From NCBI GenBank assembly GCA_951406725.2, contig OX597814.1, positions 53,134,001 to 53,198,000 on the forward strand: a stretch of 64,000 bases of DNA, written 5' to 3'. The notes below the pieces were generated by a model. It made no database searches and had not been told where the DNA came from. It saw only the letters and a list, made by a program, of their open reading frames with translations. A program made the position numbers and the translations under genes. Shown here one piece after another: positions 24,900 to 38,149 of the stretch. The DNA is from Octopus vulgaris (Eukaryota). Every line of letters begins with the position of its first letter. The stretch's first letter is position 1.

Positions 24900-25828
24900 T
24901 ATATATATATAAATGTATGTATGTATGCATGTATATATGCATGTATGTATGTATGTATGTATGTATGTATGTATGTATGTATGTATGTATGTATGTATGT
25001 ATTTATGTATGTATGTATGTATGTATGTATGTATGTATGCTAAATTTAGATAACAGCAATGGCGTGGAGTTACACGGTAAACTCTTGAATAGTTTTCTAC
25101 ATTTTAAAAACTTTTCCGCTTACAGATTGTATCTGCTAAATACTTGTTGGCTGGTTATGTTGTTTGCTTGTAAACCCCAGCTTTCTGAGACTGTTCCGCA
25201 CACAATTACTAACCTAACCAATTGTACTGATAATTATAGGCATAAATTTGCGTATATAATCGGGTAGACAACCTGAAGATCACATGTATAATTGGGTATA
25301 AATTTTCTTTACCACCCGAAACAATTAATTATATTGGGCGTGTTTTGTCCGCATTTGTCGGATGTTGTGGTGACAGTGTTCTACAAATATTTCTTATATT
25401 GAAACGCATGAATGTACTCGAGAACAAAAGTAGTTTTGTATATACCCAAAGGCAGTTTGCAAACGAATAGCATTGTATATTGTCTGATCAAGACATGTTG
25501 CTGTTCTAGAAAGTAGTACCGTAAGGATTTATTATAAATGATAATAGATTGTTACGCATGTTCTCTTCTGGTTTTAATTATTCGAAGGAACTGGTTTCTA
25601 AAACAGATACAAAGCTCTATCGATGCAATGTAGATAACAAAAGAAAATTTACATTTTGAACTTGGGGCTTGCATATTTTTACTGTATCACTTACAAATTG
25701 TATTTGTAATGTGCGTGTTTGGTGGTTGCTTTCTTTTTTCTGAAAACCTCAGCTTCTCTAGATTGTCACTAAGGCATTTACTCACAAAACTAAATGCACA
25801 AATTGTTAATGGTATACATGCAAATGAT

Positions 25829-26059
25829 CGGCGAGCTGGCAGAATCGTTAGCACGCCGGGCGAAATGCTTAGCAGTATTTCGTCTGCCGTTACGTTCTGA
25901 GTTCAAATTCCGCCGAGGTCGACTTTGCCTTTCATCCTTTCGGGGTCGATTAAATAAGTACCAGTTACGCACTTGGGTCGATATAATCGATTTAATCCGT
26001 TTGTCTGTCCTTGTTTATCCTCTCTGTGTTTAGCCCCTTGTGGGTAGTAAAGAAATAGG
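25829..26059 (+). mobile_element. SINE family A, near-complete copy
   Basis: tRNA-like head GGCGAGCTGGCAGAATCGTTAGCACGCCGGG...GAGTTCAAATTCC plus the conserved body. Confidence 0.9.
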
Positions 26060-26270
26060 CATACATGCGAACTTATAATCTGGCCATAGCAGCTGAAGGT
26101 TTCGAAGCAGTTGGCCGTAGTTATCCATTGACATCAGCAGGGCAGCTGATCTCTCTGATGGTACATGCTTTTTCTTGTCTGCCCCAAACAACGATATCCG
26201 ATCCGCTATGTTTGCACATGGTAGATTTGATAGGAATGTTTCACCAATATTCTTGTTTATATTGATGCTT
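26060..26270 (-). pseudogene. RLE-domain fragment of an R4/NeSL-like LINE
   Basis: The minus frames give SDIVVWGRQEKACTI.EISCPADVN and DNYGQLLRNLQLLWPDYKF, a PD-(D/E)xK restriction-like endonuclease pattern. Confidence 0.65.
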
Positions 26271-26325
26271 ATATAGTGCATGCATTGATTAACAGGGATG
26301 TTCTGGGTATGTATTTGCTTGTGTG

Positions 26326-26362
<37 letters not shown>

Positions 26363-26363
26363 C

Positions 26364-26413
<50 letters not shown>

Positions 26414-27255
26414 CGCGTACTAAAAAATTTGAAAAGATTTTCCAGCGAATTTTTCGCATCCACAATTCTTAGATTGATTTCGTAGACAGAGACATAAACA
26501 GCTCTCATATGAAAGACAAGCAGATAGCTTTCTATATGTTAGCAACACTGGACAATACAAACAGTGAAATATTAAAAAGCAAAACCTCGTATTTCTATGG
26601 AAGAACGGTCAGCGACGTTTAAGAGCCACCTGTGAATGACAAATTGAACCGTGAGCAATTTATTAATGACAGTTGACAATAGAGAATTCTTCGAGGATTG
26701 CTATGCCAAAGTATAGAACAACATTTTCGAAATTACGTTTTCGAATTTTCAAATAAACTCCTATTTAATAATAACATTGAAGGAGTTGTTCGTTAAGACT
26801 GTAAATTAAACAGTAGAACAATTTAAATTGATTTATAATTCTCTCCTTATTGGATAACATTGTTCATAGCATTCTTATTTGAATCGAAAGTAATAAAAAT
26901 GATAAATCATTTATATTTTTTACTACTATAATGACTATAAAACAGAAGTGTAAAGTGGAAAATAAATAGCAGAGTTAAAATTGAGATGATAAATGAGAAA
27001 TATGTTGTTTATACTTTGGCTAGCTCTGAACAAGGTGATCTGAACTTAGTGTATCTCAGAATGCATTTTATAATGTCATTTCTTTTCTTCAAGACGGCAG
27101 GATTTAATTTGACGGCTGGATGTAACTTGTAGGTTCAGTGACTCCGTAGAGAGATATTCTCATTTGCTCGCAACGAAGAATATAGCAGAGATGTGTGCGT
27201 CTACCAAATCTAGTTAATTGATTTGCAAAGGTTTCATATAAGTTTTTAGTGGAAG

Positions 27256-27478
27256 TACGAGGGGATGCTGAAACATTCCAGGCTTTGAATAAACGAAAAT
27301 ACAGGAGGATCATTTAATTACGATTTTATTCAACATATATTCTCCTCTCAGATTCACTCACTTATTGCAGCGGTCCTTCAGTTTTTCTAAGCCCTGTAAA
27401 AGAACTTGGAAGGTTGGGCCTCCACCCAGGCCTTTCACGATACCTTTAAAGCCAGCTACTTTTCAACATCCCCTCATA
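27256..27478. mobile_element. Mariner-type MITE
   Basis: TIRs TACGAGGGGATGCTGAAA and TTTCAACATCCCCTCATA, with TA ends. Confidence 0.75.
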
Positions 27479-27748
27479 TGTAGCAGAGGTGGTACTAGTC
27501 AGTGATTGCTTTAGTGATATTGTTAATAAGGTTGACAGAGTACAGTAAATATATTGGTAGATGTGATGTGGTGTTGGGTTTGTGATAGGTACATACACAC
27601 ATAAATATATGTGTGCATGTGTGTGTTGTGTGCGCGTGTGTGTGATGTGTATATACACACACACTCACACACGCATATGTGTATGTGTGTGTATGTATGC
27701 ATGTATGCATGTATGTTGGGGGAAATTTATATGGTGTAGGGTGTATGA

Positions 27749-27788
<40 letters not shown>

Positions 27789-30446
27789 CGGTTTAACAAA
27801 GTAACCAATGGTTTCATATGCAGTATTAGAGGAAAATAGTCATTCATGTATCATACTCAATATAAATATGTCGTGTTTGGCCAAAATTTACAGCAGCATT
27901 CGTCCAGGATAATATCGCCTATGCTCGTACTGTGTTTAAAACCACAATATGTATATATGGGAGCGAGATGGAACTTGCTCTAGCTGCCATGAGGGAGGTT
28001 TGTACTGAAAGTAATGCAAAACTGGGCATAACTTTTTTATTAACTGACATCGTTCGAAAGAAGATCAAATTGAAATACGCGCTCGTACACATACACAGAA
28101 AATTGTTATAGTACGGACAAATCATGTAGCCAAACATTTTTTGGCCTATTATTTTCTTGCACATTATATAAGCTTTAGGCTTTAAAGGATCTCAATTAAT
28201 TCTTCCAAGAAACCTTGCGAAATTACTAAGACAGGCGAAATAAGTGTGCATGAAGTTGTGCCGAATTTATAATTAAGAAAGATGTGCTCTTTGAAGTAAA
28301 TAATAAGTACAAAAAAACAAACAAAACAAACGAAATGTGTGTGTGTGTGTGTGTGTGTTTCCCTGTGTGCACGTATATGTGTGCATGCGTGTGCGTGTGT
28401 GTTTCCCTGTGTGAATGTGTATGTGTGTATATGTGTGAGCGTATTTGTGTGCTATGGAGAACTGGAGAAAAAAGTGAGAAGCCTTGTTCAGGTGAATGTG
28501 AGACATTGTGTCTTGTTCAGAGAATAATCAATATCATATCTGGGTAGAGTAAGGCGGAGTATGGGTTGTAGTTATCATGAATCGAGTCTTCAAGCTAATC
28601 TCAATTTTCCGTTGAAGTAAATTTTCACTGCGAAAGTTTTTCAGTGAACGTATCAATTCCACATTATTTCTCTTTGTCTTCCTTTCTTTTTTTAAATATA
28701 GAATCTATTACAAGTTACACGAAACGATATTATGCAGCTGCACAAAACAGCTCTCATAAAATAGGTGAATATGGCCGTTTATGTAACTTAGTCTCGCTTC
28801 TTATAATCCTTAAATTTTGATTCTTGTTAGTGTGTGGTGTATTTTTGCACAAGCTCGCTTCATATTAAGCATTCGGTTGTCATTTATCATCATCTATGAA
28901 TAACAAAAAGACTGTTCTTTAAGAGTTTGTGCTTTAATATTCATTATTTAAAACTGGCGACACATGCACGCTTAACAGTAGTTTTTGTCTAAGATTAAAT
29001 ATTAAGTACAGTATCGAATATCTTCTTCAACATGACTACTGAATGAAAATAAAAACAATGTTTCTTTTCATTCAAGTTTTGTAGCGGTTTAGTAAGATTA
29101 CAATCAAGCTGTATTAATAAATTTTAATATTTCTGGCGTTCATAATATTCACAGGCGTCATGAGAATTTATAAATTTTCGAGAGAACGTGAAGTAGTTTA
29201 TTTTTCAAAGCATGTAAGGCTATAAATAATAGAATGTAAATATTAGGTTGAAAACCTCTTTTGGACAGAAAAAACGTCGGAGGCTGCGATGGGGAGATAA
29301 ACTCACATCTCCTCGGGTGGATATGACAGATGTTCTACTATTGGACCAAAGTAAACCTTCGAATTTCCCTATCAATTTTAGAAACTTTATTTTTAACTTT
29401 TTCTTAAGATTATCTGTACAAATTTTCCATAGACATAGCTAGCAATGATTTGTTACGTCGTTTCGTATCCGAATACGTCTAATGTAAACAAAGCAATTGC
29501 AGATGGAAAAATAAGTAATGTGTGTATATACATATTTCAGGAGTTCTTGCTCCTTCTTCAGCATTACATCCAATCTATTAACCACCTACGAACTCATTGC
29601 TTAAATAGCTATTAAGTATAGCGACGTAACATTATTGGATATCCCAATTTTACATATTAAACAAATTCCTAGCAGTTGGTACGTAAATATTAATTACTTG
29701 TAGAGATACTGTATTTCTCTATGCAATCATAATATACTTCTAAGTATATTAAACGCTTTAAAAACCTGTAGAGATAGCTTTTAAAAAAGGTGATTTAACA
29801 ACACTGCTAACACGGTAGGACACAGTATTAACTTATAGAGCGTTAAATATACTAATACTAAGCGTTTAATATACTAATAACCGTAATATACTAGTATATT
29901 ATGATTTCATAACTAAAACCAGTATCCTTACCAACTTAAATGTTGTTGACGTCATAAGAATTCATAAGAATAATTTCACGTTCGATATTTACATAATACA
30001 TTGAATGTATTGGGTTGACAAATCCAGAGTTCTGGTTCGGGTCCCACGAGTAACCTTCGAGTTTTTTTTTATCCAAAAAAGTTTTACAACTTAATTTTTA
30101 CATGCTATTATCTATATTCGAAACCCACCGTTCCTTTATATACATTTTCATCCGCTGTGATTTATCTTGCTTTTCTAGTTTGCTGGTTGCCTTTCTCATT
30201 AGTATTTGTTAAAAGTGAGTGTTGCTAATACAGACAATTTGCAAGAAATCGAATTCAAAACCGTGTGACATTTAATAAAAAAAATTATATATACTAGTTT
30301 GTGTAATATACATATTAACTTATTTCGTTTCTTTAAATATTGAATGACACTTCGAATGACATTTTTTGTAACGTAAGATGTGTGGATAAAAATACGTGTA
30401 TGTGTATGTGTATGCGCGCGCGTATATGCGTGTGTGCACATATATA

Positions 30447-30868
30447 TTCTTTTATTTTCTTACTTGTTTCCGTCATTTTGACAGCAGCCATGCTGGAAGA
30501 ACCGTCTTTAATCGAACAAATCGACTCCTCGACTTATTCTTTGTAAGCCTAGTACTTATTCTATCGTTCTCTTATGCTGAACCGCTAAGTTACGGGGACG
30601 TAAAAACAACAACACTGGTTGTCAAGAGATGGCGGCAGGGACAAGCACAGACACACAAATACATATATACATAAATACATGCATACATGTATATATATTT
30701 ATTTACGTCGGGCTTCTTTCAGTTTCCATCTACCAACATCACTCACAAGGCTTTGGCCGACTCGAGTTCATTGTAAAAGACACTTGCCCAAGGTGTCACG
30801 CAGTGGGATTAAACCCGGAACCATGTGGTTGGGAAACAAGCTTCTTACCACACACTATGCCTGCGCCT
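30447..30868 (-). mobile_element. SINE family B, full-length diverged copy
   Basis: Reverse complement of 22136-22526. Confidence 0.85.
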
Positions 30869-30873
30869 ATATA

Positions 30874-31540
30874 TACAGTGATACCTCGCAGTACGAGTTT
30901 ACTTCGTTCCATGACCGAGCTCGTTTTTACGATTTAATCGTTTTACAAATTTTTCCCATTGAAATTAATTAAAACATAATTAACCCATTCCAGCTCCACA
31001 AGGCGACCCAAAAATAATTTTTTATGAGTCTTAAAACAGAAAAGGTGCTGATACAAGGAAAATGACAATTATAAAAACATAATAAAAGAGAATGCAAAAC
31101 AATATGTAGACTGGTTTTATTTATTTTTATTACCTTAAATATGGAACGAATTGTGCGCGATGAAGATGATGGAGCGGGGAGGAGGATTATTGTTTGGAAG
31201 GAGAATCTCCTTCTATTGAAACTTCAGGAAGAACAATTTGTGGCATTTTTTCTCTCACTTCGCTTAGTTTCTTCACTTTTTACACTTGCAGGTCGTTTCA
31301 TTAGTCTGCTTTTTCCTGCCTTTCAAAATGTTACGAAAATGTGCCAGAGCAGTGTCATTAAATAAAGACTCGACTACACGTGTCGCAGACACAAACTCCT
31401 TGAAGTCTCTTTCGGATACGCAGTCAGGACACAGTTTCCAACATGCAGAATTCAGCGTTCTCCTCCTTACACTCTGCCTGCTCATATTGATGATTTTCAG
31501 GCAGTTAACAATGTTGTAGTACTCCTTTCAAAACTCACGA
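30874..31540. mobile_element. Tigger/pogo-like non-autonomous DNA transposon remnant
   Basis: The left end TA|CAGTGATACCTCGCAGTACGAG is Tigger-like. The right TIR is not clear. Confidence 0.45.
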
Positions 31541-31609
31541 AGGGTTATTATTTACATTATTTACATTATTTACATTAGACGGATATTTGTCCTCATCTTG
31601 TTTGTTGTT

Positions 31610-31655
31610 AACAAAACGTTTCGGCTGATATACCCTCCAACCTTCTTCAAGTGCC
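31610..31655 (-). ncRNA. Degenerate minimal hammerhead
   Basis: Minus strand: GGCAC-UUGAAGA-aGGTTG(gagggtatat)CAGCC-GAAA-CG-UU-TTGTT. It has C3>U without compensation and a stem I mismatch. Confidence 0.5.
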
Positions 31656-32053
31656 TTAGGGAAATTTCAAACCTGGGTTCTCATTCCTAAGGTATTTTTC
31701 GATGTTGTTATTATTATTGTTGTTGTTGTTGTTTCTGTTTTTGTTGTTGTACAGAAATCCACAGAGTTTCAATTTTTACCATACTTGCCACACGGGTTTT
31801 TACATGTTTCAGATATTAGATTGTAGCCATGCAGTATAAATATATATCACGCACTCTTATGCGCACGCACACACATGCACACGCACACACATTCCTACTG
31901 CATCGTACGCACACATGCAAACACATATATACACGCACCCACTTAAACATTTTTCATTGACTCCCACCCTCATACGTACATACATACATCACTCACATAA
32001 ACACACACACGCACACAAATACTACCAAACACTCTCTCTCACACACACACACA

Positions 32054-32108
<55 letters not shown>

Positions 32109-32212
32109 ACATACTGGCCATTTACTCACTCTTCTATCCCCCAAACACTTTCTCTGTCTTTCCAGTTCCGGTCACTTCAGCAATACAACTTCTTTGGGCT
32201 TTTCCCCTTTTG

Positions 32213-32247
32213 CTTTCTGACGAAGAGCTATGCACGAAATGTCAAAA
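32213..32247 (+). ncRNA. Minimal hammerhead ribozyme
   Basis: TTT-CUGACGA-aGAGC(tat)GCAC-GAAA-TG-UC-AAA. The stems are short and imperfect. Confidence 0.55.
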
Positions 32248-32351
32248 ACTGTCTCCTTTTACTGAGCGTCGAACTAATACATTCCTTGTGCATATCCTTT
32301 CATCCTCTTGTTGATTGTTATTGTTAATTCTATTGTTCGTTTATTCAATTT

Positions 32352-32408
<57 letters not shown>

Positions 32409-32412
<4 letters not shown>

Positions 32413-33295
32413 AACTTACTTGGAGGAAACAAAACGACGCGAGGGCGCTCAGTCATACAATAGTGTAATAAATAAAATATATGCATACATGCATACATAC
32501 ATACATATATGTACGTACCTACATCTACATGTATATATACATGCATATATAAATATATATACGTGAGTACAGGACACCACAAATAGACGTAGAACTCAAC
32601 GAGAAAAGAAAACGTAAAAACAAACATGGAAACGGACATTTTTTTTAACAACGAAAAAACAGAGTACAAGACAAACAACACAAGGAAAATTCCCCTTCAT
32701 CAGCTGTCCCTAGTACGACTCCATGCGTGTTTCGAAGGTGAGGACAGAACACGACTCATCGAACTAGCCCTTCCTGAGAAAGAATTAAATAAAATTCCTT
32801 CGCAGAGGGGTAAAAACAAGGAAAAAAATTGTGACAAAAACAGGACGTAAAAACGATACAAATAAAATTACAAAATAAAGTACAAAATAAAATACAAAAT
32901 AAAAATACAATTACAAAAAAATACAGTACAAGAAATAAAAACAAACAAGAAGACAAACAGGCCTAGACGAGGAAAGATTCTTAAGAGAGCAGGAAGAAAG
33001 CGTGTTCACTGTTAGGAGGCCGCAAGCGAAAGGAAGTGGTCGCCCGGCTGTGAGAGAGATGAGGAGGAGTGAGAGAGAGATAGAGATAGAGGAAGACAAG
33101 CGGCTGTGAGAGAGATGAGGAGGAGTGAGAGAGAGATAGATAGAGGAAGACAAGGAAGGAAGGGAAGGTCAAGCAAAGGGTTATAGAGTTTCGCGTCATA
33201 ATTATATATAAAAACTTACTTGGAGGAAACGAAACGACACGAGGGCGCTCAGTCATACAATAGCGTAATAAATAAAATATATGCATACATACATA
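32409..33295 (-). mobile_element. Dispersed repeat bounded by ~85-bp direct repeats (32409-32490, 33205-33295), TA-flanked, carrying the permuted HHR
   Basis: AAACTTACTTGGAGGAAAC...GGGCGCTCAGTCATACAATAG occurs at both ends, and there is an internal ~54-bp tandem duplication at ~33045-33152. Confidence 0.7.
32697..32773 (-). ncRNA. Candidate non-circularly permuted, pseudoknotted hammerhead ribozyme (copy 2)
   Basis: Minus strand: GAAGG-g-CTAGTTCGAT-gagt-CGTG-UU-CTGTCC-tca-CCTTC-GAAA-CACG-catgga-GTCGTACTAG-GGACAG-CUGAUGA. Confidence 0.65.
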
Positions 33296-33436
33296 CATAT
33301 ATATATATATATACATAATGGAGAAATTATACAAAATGTATAAATATATTATCAGTAAAGCACCAGCAGAGTTTCGATTACTTGTTGTTATCCGTAGATT
33401 TATTGCAGGAACTTCGTAGTGAGGGTTTGGATAACA

Positions 33437-33784
33437 GTATTAATAAAATACATGGAAGAGTAATAGATTTTATTGGGTACGACACATGTTTCGACCCGTT
33501 CTGTTCTTTCTCTTTACAGTTGCAACAGCGAAGACTCATTACGTAATTTTCTCTAAACTATACTGTATAATTTTCACGTTCATATTTGAAGTTTTTGCGT
33601 TTCAATAATTTTTCTCTGTTTTTACTCATTCTTGAATTTGATGGACATATAGCGGTACGTAAGCCGACTCAGGAAATCTCTAGTGATACTTTTTATTGAT
33701 GTACCCAAAGAGATCGAGAATGGGTAGAAACATGTGTCTTACCCAATAAAATCTATTACTCTTTCCATCTATTTTATTAATACT
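33437..33784. repeat. Inverted-arm element (33437-~33498 / ~33720-33784) with HHR 3' halves
   Basis: The arms are reverse complements and both contain GAAA-CATGTG-UC. The CUGANGA box is degenerate. Confidence 0.6.
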
Positions 33785-33908
33785 ATATATATAAAATTTA
33801 AATAATCAGAAAATGGAAAAAACTTTTGATCAACAAACAAATTGGACCACATCGGTAGATTATTTTTTAATACAAAACTTGATATAACATTTCTATGACA
33901 TAACATTT

Positions 33909-34016
33909 CTTACGGCCGTTTCTGCTTCCAATATTTGTCGGTGCTTATGAAAGAATTTCGAAAATAATATTCATCTTCATAGCATATTCGATCTAGTACA
34001 TGGAGCTTCATCAGAG
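33909..34016 (-). ncRNA. Hammerhead with an extended stem II and a weak stem I
   Basis: Minus strand: CT-CUGAUGA-aGCTCCA...TGGAAGCa-GAAA-CGGCCG-UA-AG, with a palindromic stem III. Confidence 0.55.
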
Positions 34017-34507
34017 TGAATACAAATGCGTAAAATAAAATAAACGAAGGGAAGAGGCAATAGGAAAGAAGAGTTTCTGTCTACCAAATCCATTAAAAGG
34101 CATTGGTCACGTCTGGGTTATTGTGCAACACACTTGTCCAAGGTGCCAAACTGCGGGATGGGACTGAATGGGAACCACATGGTTGAAAAGAGAACTTACT
34201 ATTCACTCATTGCTGCAAATTATGTTTTCTATTCCATTACTTATGTTTGGCATTCAAACCTGTTTCATCAACGATTCAGCATTGTGTTTTGTCATTCGAA
34301 CCACTGACCGAAACGTTAACGTATCTTCTTTACTTTCCTCCACCGTGTTAATTGACTTTCTAATTGTTTTGTCTTGTTTTTCTAAGTGTCCTACCTGTAT
34401 ATCATTTTGTACAAATAAGCGAGACTTATGAAGAGTTTCCGTTTAATAATATGGGATTAGATATCCTATTGTGATAGTATATGCGATCATTATTATAACT
34501 AACAGAA

Positions 34508-34722
34508 AGGCGGTGAGCTGGCGGAACCATTAGCACACCGGGCAAAATGCTTAGCGGCATTTCGCCCATCTTTACGTTTTGAGTTCAAATTCTGCCGAGG
34601 TCGACTTTACTTTTCATCCTTTCTGGGTCGATAAAATAAGCACTAGTTAAAGACTGGGGCCGATGTAATCGACTGTTCCCCTCCCCACAAAATTTCAGGT
34701 CTTGTGCCTATTGTAGAAAGGA
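34508..34722 (+). mobile_element. SINE family A copy
   Basis: GGCGGTGAGCTGGCGGAACC head plus the conserved body. Confidence 0.85.
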
Positions 34723-36112
34723 TTATTATAATTAGCAGAATGTTGTTTACAGAATTGGCAGAATAGCGAATAAAATGCATTATAGTATTTAGTTACATCA
34801 TATTTTATTCGAAGTTCAAATGCTATCTAGTTAAAATTTTGCCTTACTTCTATCAGAGCTCGATAAAATAAGTACCATTTAAGCCAGGTCGATTAAATTA
34901 ACTGTCAATTATCCAAACACTTATGATCGTGTGCCTATGTTAGAGCTTAATACTTACATTTAGAAATTTTCATAACATTGGTAATCAACTTTCAAGTGAG
35001 CTATTAACATTCGGCTAATACTCTTGGTGATTTTCATAATTCTTGCATTGTTAATTTTCTAAATGTTTTTGCGATGACGTTTTCGCACTCACTATAAACA
35101 ATGAATTTAATATAGTAAAAATATATTCATCTGTATCAAGTTTGAACAATTTCAGTCGAATTTATGAACCAATATGAATTATACAATTACCCACAGTATA
35201 TTGTATTTTAAAACTGCTACGAGTTATAAATTATGCTCAATTAATTATCCTTTAAAATTCACTGTAAGAACCATTTAACCGTCGCAAAAAATACATTTTA
35301 ATGTTCCTTGTGTACATTGAAAATCTTTCAATAGTAAACATTTCGTCGCATTACACATAGTAGACAACACCATAAAATTCTCATTTAATTTTTGATTTTC
35401 TTTCCATCTCTGTATGAAAGTATTACTAGTATGAAAGCAATATAACAATTCTTTCAGTGTTGAGATTGCTCAAATGTAGCTTGCAGTATTTTCAGACATA
35501 AAAATTGAAGCTTTCAGACCAAAGTTCACAGACAAAAATGGTAGGTCGACTCATACAGTAAGACAACTTTGGAGGGCCAAAAATTCCAGTGAAAAGCAGC
35601 ACGATTTGTAAAGATGGTGATAGTCACCATCTATTAATGTTTACTCTATATGTTTACACTATCTACAATGTCTACTTGTACGCTGGAAGATACGGTACGT
35701 CTAAAACTTTTAAATGAGGTTTTAGTAGGCCTGACTAAGTCTGAATACACCAACAACAATAATAACTGGCTAATGCCATATAATAGCCAACCAGCATCTG
35801 TATTGACTGGAGAGTATGAATGCTGATAATTTGCTTCATTAAAGCTTCTGTTTGAATCTAGAAATACATTTCGTTCAGTTTCATAAGTGCACTATGTAAT
35901 ATTCGAAATGTTGACGAAGTTTCAATTTTATTCTGTTTACTATTAAGCTCGCACACTCTCCATACATACACCGCTATGTCATCTTGTATGATTTAGACAA
36001 GGTCGACATTATTAATATTATCATCCATGACACATTTAAAATATGGAACTTACATTTATCAACCACTTTTGGGAGCTTGATAACCACACACACACACACA
36101 CACACAAACAAA

Positions 36113-36151
<39 letters not shown>

Positions 36152-37192
36152 TAATGCACATTAACGCATATTTATTTGTTCTCTTTTCTGAGCTCAATTT
36201 TCCAATTACTATGACGATCATCTAGCTTTGATAAATATGAGAGGTTATTTAATAAAGCAAACATTGTATCAATATTTGGATGACAGGAAGTATAAATACA
36301 ATTATTAATGTAAACTTTAATGTCAGCGCACATTATTAATATTCATTCTGATTTACGAATCCGTACATCTGCCGATATATTTGCTTTGTGCTCTTATAAT
36401 CTCACTTGGTTTCTCTACTATGTGATACGGTCGTACATAGTTTATCCTTTATTTCTTGCTGCAGTTGGACAGGAAGAGATTGAGCTATTTAACATATATG
36501 TATTTCAGTCCTTGTATTACAGTCAATGACTCTATACATGAAACTATGTTAATCAGTGGAATTGAAGAGCAGTTTCCATGTTAGCGTTTGTAATAAATCT
36601 TCCTTGGATATTACTTTATTTAATGTCAGTTCCAAAGAAATTATACAAGACAACTCATTCATAGTCATACTGGGAATAAATATTTGAAACAAGGCTTGAT
36701 ACCGAAGCTACAGAAATATTCTTATTAATTAGTATATAATCAGTAAGTGCTTCATTCCTGAAGAGTTAATACCAATCACAAAGAAAAGAAAAAGAAAAAA
36801 AAAATGAAATATTTGTTCTGGATCATTCGTTAACTTAATTCTTAATTTAGCATATGGAACTGCGAAAGAAAATTATCCAGTGATTTAAAAGATTATTTTT
36901 TCCCTTTTAAGTAAGTTGAAACAAAGTTTTTCTTTGAAGTTGATTTAATTCTGAACTCTTGTAATCTATTCAATCATAAACTCTCAGCAGATCTCAAATT
37001 CTCTTAAAATCTTCAAAATGTGGTGGCTACATTGAACACTTGTAAGTTAGGAAATAAAAGTTGATTGTGAATAAATACTTGTAACTCAGCTAGAGGTTTC
37101 TATTGCTTTTCCTTATTAAAATATTGCGTAATGAAATCGGTTCATTCTTTTTGAATAACCCTGTATATATGAATACATACATACATCCATAT

Positions 37193-37460
37193 AGGTGTGG
37201 CTATGTGGTAAGACGTTTACTTCCCAATCACATGGTTCTGAGATCAGTCTCTCCGTGTGGCACCTTGGGAAAGTGTCTTCTACTATAGCTTCCAGCCGAC
37301 CAAAGCCTTGTGAGTGGATTTGCTAGACGAAACGTAGACGAAACCTAGCGGTTTGGCAAAAGAGACCAATAAAATAAGTACTGGAGTCAATTCGTTCAAC
37401 TAAAATTCTTCAGAGCGGTGCCCCAGCTCCTTCATCTAATGACGCAAAAGTAAAAGAGAG
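37193..37460 (+). mobile_element. SINE family B copy
   Basis: GTGGCTATGTGGTAAG...GGCACCTTGGGAAAGTGTCTTC. Confidence 0.8.
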
Positions 37461-38149
37461 CAACATATTTTTTAATAATACTGATTTCCTTTTGACTAGG
37501 CAGAAATTATTAACATATAAAAGAAATGAAGCAAAGGATATGGTAGCGTTGTAACTGTGATCTTTTTTGAAGGGTATTTGTGGTCTATTGGAAATGAAGT
37601 GGCTTCGACCAGAAATTACAGCTGTGCATCTCTTTCGACTGGCAGGGGGTTTATTTCTTGTTTCACTGTGCTTGCCACTTATTGTTAGTATTCCACTTAT
37701 TTTTAGTATTATTAAATACTGATTATGAATTAACTACCATATTTTGAATGCAAATTATATAAACCATTATTACAACAATTTGAGAGAGAAAAATGCAGTA
37801 GTCTTGTAGAGCGTTAGTTCACCTCTCCCTCCACAAAATAATAATAAATAAATAAAAGGGAGAGCGGAAAGAAAGTATGTTTATTTCGCTTTTCTGTCAC
37901 AAACTGATGATTGCAATGTCTAATACCGTCAATTTCTAACTTAGATCACAGAGCTTAGCGGAGGAGACTGTCAATTATATCAACGCCAATACATGACTGG
38001 TATTTGTTTTAGCGACCACAGAAGGTGATAGGCATAGTCAACCTCTGTAGAATTTGAACTCAGAATCTTCAGGGATGTAAGTAAGTACTGTAAGACATTT
38101 CGTTCGGTGCTCTACCGACTTGAAAACAAACAGCCTCTATCTTTATTAT

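Noticed and set aside
25829-25915. tRNA gene
   Set aside because: It has A/B-box-like motifs but continues into a multi-copy SINE body, and it forms no complete cloverleaf.
35490-35546. Possible 45-bp micro-exon (tttcag|ACATAAAAATTGAAGC...AATG|gtaggt)
   Set aside because: Splice-like motifs alone are expected by chance, and I recognise no homology.
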